A stretch of DNA of 32,000 bases from Cereibacter sphaeroides 2.4.1 (GTDB taxonomy: Bacteria; Pseudomonadota; Alphaproteobacteria; Rhodobacterales; Rhodobacteraceae), in NCBI RefSeq assembly GCF_000012905.2, contig NC_007493.2, positions 660,001 to 692,000 of the forward strand, in the 5' to 3' direction. Position 1 is the first letter of the stretch. Each line of letters opens with the position of its first letter. The notes beneath the pieces were generated by a model. It was not told the origin of the DNA and ran no database searches. It was given only the letters and a program-made list of their open reading frames with translations. Shown piece by piece: positions 27,301 through 32,000 of this stretch. The position numbers were made by a program, and so were the translations under genes.

Positions 27301-27836
27301 TCGGCCTCGGAAGTGATGGGCCGCATGCCGCGCCCACCGCCGCCCCACGAGGCCTTGAGCATCAGCGGATAGCCGATCTCGGCCGCCTGCCGCTTGATCT
27401 CCTCCATATCGTCGCCCAGCACCTCGGTCGCCGGGATCACCGGCACGCCCGCGGCCATGGCCACGCGGCGGGCCGAAGCCTTGTCGCCGAGCGCGCGCAT
27501 CGTCTCGGCCTTCGGGCCGATGAAGGCGATGCCCGCTGCGTCGCAGGCCTCGACGAAATCGGGGTTCTCCGACAGAAGCCCGTAGCCCGGGTGGATCGCA
27601 TCGGCGCCCGACATCTGCGCCACGCGGATGATCTCGGGGATCGAGAGATAGGCGCCCACGGGCGAGAGGCCCTCGCCGATCCGGTAGGCCTCGTCCGCCT
27701 TGAAGCGGTGGAGCGAGAGCTTGTCTTCCTCGGCATAGACGGCGACCGTCTTCTTGCCCATCTCGTTTGCCGCCCGCATCACCCGGATGGCGATCTCACC
27801 ACGGTTGGCGATGAGGATCTTTCGGAACTCGGCCAT
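24372..27836 (-). CDS. pyc: Pyruvate carboxylase
   Basis: 1154 aa from ATG 27836, with GGAGG upstream. Biotin-carboxylase N-terminus (KILIANRGEIAIRV), carboxyltransferase HFHTHDTSG, and biotinyl motif EAMKMET near the C-terminus. Confidence 0.97.
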   Translation of the reverse strand: MAEFRKILIANRGEIAIRVMRAANEMGKKTVAVYAEEDKLSLHRFKADEAYRIGEGLSPVGAYLSIPEIIRVAQMSGADAIHPGYGLLSENPDFVEACDAAGIAFIGPKAETMRALGDKASARRVAMAAGVPVIPATEVLGDDMEEIKRQAAEIGYPLMLKASWGGGGRGMRPITSEAELADKVREGRREAEAAFGNGEGYLEKMIQRARHVEVQILGDKYGAIYHLYERDCTVQRRNQKVVERAPAPYLTEEQRTEICELGRRICAHVNYECAGTVEFLMDMDSEKFYFIEVNPRVQVEHTVTEEVTGIDIVQSQIRIAEGATLAEATGCPSQDDIKLSGHALQCRVTTEDPQNNFIPDYGRLTAYRSATGMGIRLDGGTAYAGGVITRYYDSLLVKVTAWAPTPEKAIARMDRALREFRIRGVATNIAFVENLLKHPSFLDYSYTTKFIDTTPDLFNFKPRRDRATKILTYIADITVNGHPETAGRVRPSAELKDPKAPEPKGAPQPGTRTLLEEKGPQAVADWMAAQTRVLMTDTTMRDGHQSLLATRMRSIDMIKVTPAYAANLGGLFSVECWGGATFDVAYRFLQECPWQRLRDIRARLPNVMTQMLLRASNGVGYTNYPDNVVQEFVRQAAETGVDVFRVFDSLNWVENMRVAMDAVIEANKVCEGTICYTGDLLDPDRSKYDLNYYVGMGRALRDAGAHVLGLKDMAGLLKPAAARVLVKALKEEVGLPIHFHTHDTSGIAGATVLAACDAGVDAVDAAMDAFSGGTSQPCLGSIVEALKHTDRDTGLDIAAIREISDYWGHVRQQYSAFESGLPSPASEVYLHEMPGGQFTNLKAQARSMGLEERWSEVAQAYADANRMFGDIVKVTPSSKVVGDMALMMVAQGLTREEVEDPEVEVSFPDSVVDMLKGNLGQPHGGWPEPILKKVLKGEAPSTERPGAHLPPVDIAAAREKLLSEIKQGDDDPLDTAVDAEDLNGYLMYPKVFTDYRARHRIYGPVRTLPTRTFFYGMEPGEEISAEIDPGKTLEIRLSAVGETSDDGDAKVFFELNGQPRVIRVANRAVKAKTATRPKAQDGNPAHVGAPMPGSVASVAVSAGQKVKPGDLLVTIEAMKMETGLHADRAATVKAVHVGPGAQIEAKDLLVELED

Positions 27837-28018
27837 GCATTCACCTCCGGGCATCAGGCTGGTGCGCGAACTCTAGTGGTGCCGCGGTGCGGCGCAATAG
27901 CTCAAGGGCGACGTCCGGGAAGAAAATCTGACCGATCCGGCGCCTGCCGGAACAGGTTTTGTGAACGATTGCGGAACACTTCTTTAACTCCGGGCAGAGG
28001 CAGGCTAGATTGGCGGGC

Positions 28019-30370
28019 ATGAGCCAGATCGATGAAAGCGAAGCCTTCGAGGCGGCCGTGCCGCTCAGCCAGCGCGCCATGGCCGCGCGCCCACGTCCCT
28101 ATATCGACGAGCTGAATCCGGCGCAGCGTGCGGCGGTTCTGGCGCTGGATGGACCGGTGCTGATGCTGGCCGGGGCGGGCACCGGCAAGACGAAGGCGCT
28201 GACGGCGCGAATCGTGCATCTGCTCGATTCGGGAAAGGCGCGGCCGAACGAGATCCTCGCCGTGACCTTCACCAACAAGGCCGCGCGCGAGATGAAGGAC
28301 CGGGTGGCCCGCCTTCTGGGGCAGGTCGAGGGCATGCCCTGGATGGGCACCTTCCACGCCATCAGCGTCAAGATCCTGCGCCGGCACGCCGAACTGGTGG
28401 GGCTGAAGTCGAACTTCACCATCCTCGACACCGACGACCAGCTCCGGCTGCTGAAGCAGCTGATCGTCGCCGCCAACATCGACGAGAAGCGCTGGCCCGC
28501 CCGGATGCTGGCCGGCCTCATCGACCACTGGAAGAACCGCGCCTGGACGCCGGCCAAAGTGCCCGCCTCGGAGGCGTCGGCCTACAACAACCGCGGCACC
28601 GAACTCTACGACCAGTATCAGCAGCGCCTGCGCGAGCTGAATGCCACCGATTTCGGCGACCTGCTGCTCCATGTGCTGACGATCTTCCAGTCGCACCCCG
28701 ACGTGCTCGAGCAATATCGCCGCTGGCTGCGCTACATCCTCGTGGACGAATATCAGGACACGAACGTCGCGCAATATATGTGGCTCAGGCTTCTGGCGCA
28801 GACGCACCGCAACATCTGCTGCGTGGGCGACGACGACCAGTCGATCTACGGCTGGCGCGGGGCCGAGGTGGGCAACATCCTGCGGTTCGAGAAGGATTTT
28901 CCCGGCGCGCAGGTGATCCGGCTCGAACAGAACTACCGCTCGACCCCGCATATCCTCGCCGCCGCCTCGGGCATCATCGCGGCCAATGCGGGCCGGCTCG
29001 GCAAGACGCTCTGGACCGAGCGGCAGGAGGGCGAGAAGGTCCGGCTGATCGGCCACTGGGACGGCGAGGAAGAGGCCCGCTGGATCGGCGACGAGGTCGA
29101 GAGCTTCCAGCGCGGCCGCGGCGGCCTCGGCCCCTTCCGTCTCGATGACATGGCGATCCTCGTGCGCGCCAGCCACCAGATGCGCGCCTTCGAGGACCGG
29201 TTCCTGACCATCGGGCTGCCCTATCGCGTCATCGGCGGCCCGCGCTTCTACGAGCGGCTCGAGATCCGGGATGCGATGGCCTATTTCCGCCTCGCCGTCA
29301 GCCCGGACGACGATCTGGCCTTCGAGCGGGTGGTGAACCAGCCGAAGCGCGGACTGGGCGACAAGGCCCAGCAGGAGATCCAGCGTGAGGCCCGCGCCCA
29401 TGGCACCTCGCTTCTCGAAGGCGCGCGCAGCCTTCTGGCCCGCGGCGGCATCGGCGGGAAGGGGGCGGGGCAGCTCCGCGCCTTCGTCGACGGCATGGAC
29501 CGCTGGCACGGCACCACGCTCGACCGCGACCATGACCATATCCGCCTCGCCGAGCAGATCCTCGACGAGTCGGGCTACACCGCCATGTGGCAGGCCGACA
29601 AGACGCCCGAGGCGCCGGGCCGGCTCGAGAACCTCAAGGAGCTGGTGAAGGCGCTCGAGCAGTTCGAGAACCTGCAGGGATTCCTCGAGCACGTCGCCCT
29701 CATCATGGAGAACGAGACCGAGGAATCGGTCGACAAAGTCACGATCATGACGCTCCACGCGGCCAAGGGGCTGGAGTTTCCCGTCGTCTTCCTGCCGGGC
29801 TGGGAGGACGGGCTGTTCCCGTCACAGCGCGCGATGGACGAGACCGGCCTCAAGGGGCTCGAGGAGGAGCGGCGGCTGGCCTATGTCGGCATCACCCGTG
29901 CCGAGCAGCTCTGCACCATCTCCTTTGCGGCCAACCGCCGGGTCTATGGCCAGTGGCAGAGCCAGCTGCCGTCGCGCTTCATCGACGAGCTGCCGTCCGC
30001 CCATGTCGAAGTGCTCACCCCGCCGGGCCTCTATGGCGGCGGCTACGGCGCGGCCGGCATGGCCTCCTCGCTGGAAGCGCAGGCCCTGCGGGCCGATGTC
30101 TACGATTCGCCCGGCTGGAAGCGGATGCAGACCCGTGCCGGCGGCCGCCCGATGGCCCAGCCGCGCGAATCGCGCCATGTCACCATCGACCTCGAAGCCG
30201 TCTCGGCCTTCGCCGAGGGCGACCGCGTCTTCCACCAGAAGTTCGGCTATGGCCATGTCATGGGAATCGAGGGCGACAAGCTCGACATCGATTTCGAGAA
30301 GGCGGGAGCGAAGAAGGTCGTGGCCCGCTTCGTGGTGGCGGCGCATCAGGCCGACGACATCCCCTTCTAG
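28019..30370 (+). CDS. uvrD: UvrD/PcrA-type ATP-dependent DNA helicase
   Basis: Walker A AGAGTGKTKALT, motif II ILVDEYQDTN, and a C-terminal Tudor-like tail (DRVFHQKFGYGHVMGIEGDKLDIDFEKAG). ATG 28019 is preferred over TTG 28010. Confidence 0.93.
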   Translation: MSQIDESEAFEAAVPLSQRAMAARPRPYIDELNPAQRAAVLALDGPVLMLAGAGTGKTKALTARIVHLLDSGKARPNEILAVTFTNKAAREMKDRVARLLGQVEGMPWMGTFHAISVKILRRHAELVGLKSNFTILDTDDQLRLLKQLIVAANIDEKRWPARMLAGLIDHWKNRAWTPAKVPASEASAYNNRGTELYDQYQQRLRELNATDFGDLLLHVLTIFQSHPDVLEQYRRWLRYILVDEYQDTNVAQYMWLRLLAQTHRNICCVGDDDQSIYGWRGAEVGNILRFEKDFPGAQVIRLEQNYRSTPHILAAASGIIAANAGRLGKTLWTERQEGEKVRLIGHWDGEEEARWIGDEVESFQRGRGGLGPFRLDDMAILVRASHQMRAFEDRFLTIGLPYRVIGGPRFYERLEIRDAMAYFRLAVSPDDDLAFERVVNQPKRGLGDKAQQEIQREARAHGTSLLEGARSLLARGGIGGKGAGQLRAFVDGMDRWHGTTLDRDHDHIRLAEQILDESGYTAMWQADKTPEAPGRLENLKELVKALEQFENLQGFLEHVALIMENETEESVDKVTIMTLHAAKGLEFPVVFLPGWEDGLFPSQRAMDETGLKGLEEERRLAYVGITRAEQLCTISFAANRRVYGQWQSQLPSRFIDELPSAHVEVLTPPGLYGGGYGAAGMASSLEAQALRADVYDSPGWKRMQTRAGGRPMAQPRESRHVTIDLEAVSAFAEGDRVFHQKFGYGHVMGIEGDKLDIDFEKAGAKKVVARFVVAAHQADDIPF

Positions 30371-30390
30371 CGGTCGCGTCGGCCTCGGGC

Positions 30391-31536
30391 TCAGCGCCTC
30401 CGGGCCGCGCGTTCCGTCACATGGACCGCCAGCCCCGCGAGGAGCCCCCAGAAGGCCGCCCCGATCCCGGCCATGGCCACGCCCGAGCCGGTGACGGCCA
30501 GCGTCACCACCGCGGCGAACCTCTGCTCGGGATGGGCGAAGGCCGCCGTCAGCGCGCCAGTCAGCGGCCCGAGCAGCGCGAGCCCCACCAGCGCCGTGAC
30601 GAGGGCGGGCGGAAGGGCCGCGATGCAGGCGAGGATCGCCGGGCCGAAGAGGCCCAGCCCGACCCAGACCGCCGCATAGACGAGCCCCACGCTCCAGCGG
30701 CGGCTCCGGTCGGGATGAACCTCGTCGCCCAGACAGATCGCGGCGGTGATGGCCGCCATCGACACGGTATGCGCGCCGAAGGGCGCCGTCAGCGCCGAGA
30801 GCCCGCCCGTCACCGTCAGCGCGCTGCGCACCGGGGGCTCGTATCCGGCGGCCCGCAGGACGGCGAAGCCCGGCAGGTTCTGCGAGGCCATCGTGACCAG
30901 ATAGAGCGGCAGGCCCAGTCCGATCAGCACCGTCGGATCGAAGGCCGGCGGGATGAAGGTCAGGGTGGGGAACGCCAGCGGCAGCTCCGGCATCGCGGCC
31001 TCGCCTGCGAAGGCCAGCGCGCTGCCCCCGGCCAGTGCCGCCAGCACGGCCAGCGCAGGGTTCCAGAGCCGGACGAGGGCGAAGACCGCGATGGCGGGCA
31101 GGACGAGGAGCGGCAGGGCCTCGGCCGCTCCGGCGAGCTTCAGGCAGAAGGGCAGGAGCACGCCGGCCAGCATCCCGCCCGCGATCCCGTCGGGGATCAG
31201 GGCCACGGCCCGGCCGAGCGGCTTCAGCGCGCCGGTCAGAGCGATGAGCAGCCCCGCCAGCAGGAAGGCGCCCACGGCCTCGGGCATCGTGATCCCTTCG
31301 GTGGCCGCCACCAGCGCGGCCCCCGGCGTCGACCAGGCGAGGATCACCGGCACCCGGCTCCGCCAGCTCAGGAAGGCGCTGCCCACCGCCTTGCCGAGGC
31401 AGATCGCCAGCACCCAGCTTGCCGTCTGCGCCTCCGTGGCCCCCAGCGCGGCGGCCGCCGCCAGCACGAGGGCGATGGTCGAGCCGTAGCCCACAAGAGC
31501 GGCCACCAGCGCCGCCGAAAGCAGGGAAAGACGCAT
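30391..31536 (-). CDS. benE: BenE-family benzoate/H+ symporter-like transporter
   Basis: 381 aa, polytopic. The N-terminal region (ALVGYGSTIALVLAAA...LAWSTPGAAL) resembles BenE-family proteins by eye. Confidence 0.6.
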   Translation of the reverse strand: MRLSLLSAALVAALVGYGSTIALVLAAAAALGATEAQTASWVLAICLGKAVGSAFLSWRSRVPVILAWSTPGAALVAATEGITMPEAVGAFLLAGLLIALTGALKPLGRAVALIPDGIAGGMLAGVLLPFCLKLAGAAEALPLLVLPAIAVFALVRLWNPALAVLAALAGGSALAFAGEAAMPELPLAFPTLTFIPPAFDPTVLIGLGLPLYLVTMASQNLPGFAVLRAAGYEPPVRSALTVTGGLSALTAPFGAHTVSMAAITAAICLGDEVHPDRSRRWSVGLVYAAVWVGLGLFGPAILACIAALPPALVTALVGLALLGPLTGALTAAFAHPEQRFAAVVTLAVTGSGVAMAGIGAAFWGLLAGLAVHVTERAARRR

Positions 31537-31623
31537 GATACCCTCCGCCAGACCGGGCCGACTATGCCCGCGGACGGGATGGGCGCAAGGGGAAGTCCCT
31601 CATCGGCCGCATGAATCCGGCCA

Positions 31624-31665
31624 GGGAAATGAAAACGGCGGCACCCTGGAGAAGGTGCCGCCGTT
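31624..31665 (-). terminator. Rho-independent terminator closing the sRNA array
   Basis: On the minus strand: AACGGCGGCACC, loop uucuccag, GGUGCCGCCGUU (12-bp stem; arms at 31634..31645 and 31654..31665), followed by UUCAUUU. Confidence 0.8.
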
Positions 31666-31704
31666 CGATCTGGGCCGGTGAGGGAACGCCGGTCCGAAAG
31701 GGGG

Positions 31705-31774
31705 GCGGCGGCTCCAGGGAGGAGGAGGGAGCCGCCGCTTGGTCATCGGCACCGCGGGAGGAGGTGCAGTGCCG
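31705..31774 (-). ncRNA. CcsR/'cuckoo'-family sRNA unit (terminator-proximal copy); two hairpins with CCUCCUCCC-type loops
   Basis: On the minus-strand RNA, hairpin 1 is CGGCACUGC-ACCUCCUCCC-GCGGUGCCG (31747..31774) and hairpin 2 is GCGGCGGCUCC-CUCCUCCUCCCU-GGAGCCGCCGC (31705..31738). The U.G pair in hairpin 1 exists only on the minus strand. Ends are approximate. Confidence 0.7.
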
Positions 31775-31818
31775 AAGTCCGGTGGGAGGGGGCGCGCGGC
31801 CCGATCCCGGAAGGGGAG

Positions 31819-31888
31819 GCGGCGGCTCCAGGGAGGAGGAGGGAGCCGCCGCTTGGTCATCGGCACCGCGGGAGGAGGTGCAGTGCCG
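31819..31888 (-). ncRNA. CcsR/'cuckoo'-family sRNA unit (second copy)
   Basis: Same two hairpins, shifted by exactly +114 nt (31861..31888 and 31819..31852). Confidence 0.7.
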
Positions 31889-31932
31889 AAGTCCGGTGGG
31901 AGGGGGCACGCGGCCCGATCCCGGAAGGGGAG

Positions 31933-32000
31933 GCGGCGGCTCCAGGGAGGAGGAGGGAGCCGCCGCTTGGTCATCGGCACCGCGGGAGGAGGTGCAGTGC
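31933..32000 (-). ncRNA. CcsR/'cuckoo'-family sRNA unit (third copy, cut by the window end)
   Basis: Hairpin 2 lies at 31933..31966. Hairpin 1 begins at 31975 and is cut 2 nt short at 32000. Confidence 0.65.

Larger units (their letters stand above)
31705..32000 (-). repeat. 114-bp tandem repeat, at least 2.6 copies, truncated by the window end
   Basis: GGCTCCA recurs at 31710, 31824 and 31938, an exact period of 114. Units are identical except at 31794 (G) versus 31908 (A). Confidence 0.95.

Noticed and set aside
31562-31980. ORFs 31562..31909 and 31600..31980 (minus strand), read as proline/arginine-rich proteins with 38-aa repeats
   Set aside because: Several frames on both strands stay open across the repeat, which is expected for a GC-rich 114-bp (3x38) tandem repeat. 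The units fold into strand-specific hairpins with CCUCCUCCC loops and end at an intrinsic terminator. A non-coding sRNA array explains the region better.
31705-32000. Possible CRISPR array
   Set aside because: The repeats are contiguous 114-bp units with no unique spacers between them, and no cas genes are nearby.

Overview
High-GC alphaproteobacterial chromosome, judged Rhodobacter/Cereibacter-like from the gene set and the sRNA motif at the right end. All calls come from reading the sequence and the ORF track by eye; no database search was run.

(1) 1..~15.4 kb is the right-hand part of an integrated HK97-type tailed prophage; its structural genes run off the left edge.
- Minus strand, transcription order high to low coordinates: Cro-like HTH, a second HTH, a small tail-anchored protein, DUF1937-like, DUF1376/YdaU-like, a repeat-dense AT-richer spacer, two unknown coupled genes, a stem-loop, an HNH::P-loop fusion, small and large terminase, portal, ClpP-like prohead protease, major capsid.
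- Plus strand: XRE/CI-like repressor, an AT-rich gap, two small unknown genes, a GapR/DUF2312-like protein, a 603-aa ParB-N-domain protein, excisionase and tyrosine integrase. The integrase abuts the 3' end of tRNA-Arg(UCU).

(2) 15.5..31.5 kb is ordinary core genome: GNAT acetyltransferase, NDUFS4-like ETC subunit, uvrB, a beta-barrel OMP candidate, a GlsB/YeaQ/YmgE membrane protein, an ABM monooxygenase, small membrane proteins, an entericidin-like lipoprotein, lepA, tRNA-Gly(GCC), pyruvate carboxylase, a UvrD-type helicase and a BenE-type transporter.

(3) 31.6..32.0 kb is a terminator followed by a 114-bp tandem array that runs off the window. Each unit folds, on the minus strand only, into two GC-rich hairpins with CCUCCUCCC-type anti-Shine-Dalgarno loops. 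This is the signature of CcsR/'cuckoo'-family sRNAs, so the ORF-track proteins there are artefacts.

Most long ORFs antisense to the genes above are high-GC shadow ORFs.

The least explained parts are the prophage accessory content: the TTACAG iteron block, the HNH::kinase fusion, the GapR/ParB early-left module, and the AT-rich slot beside the repressor.
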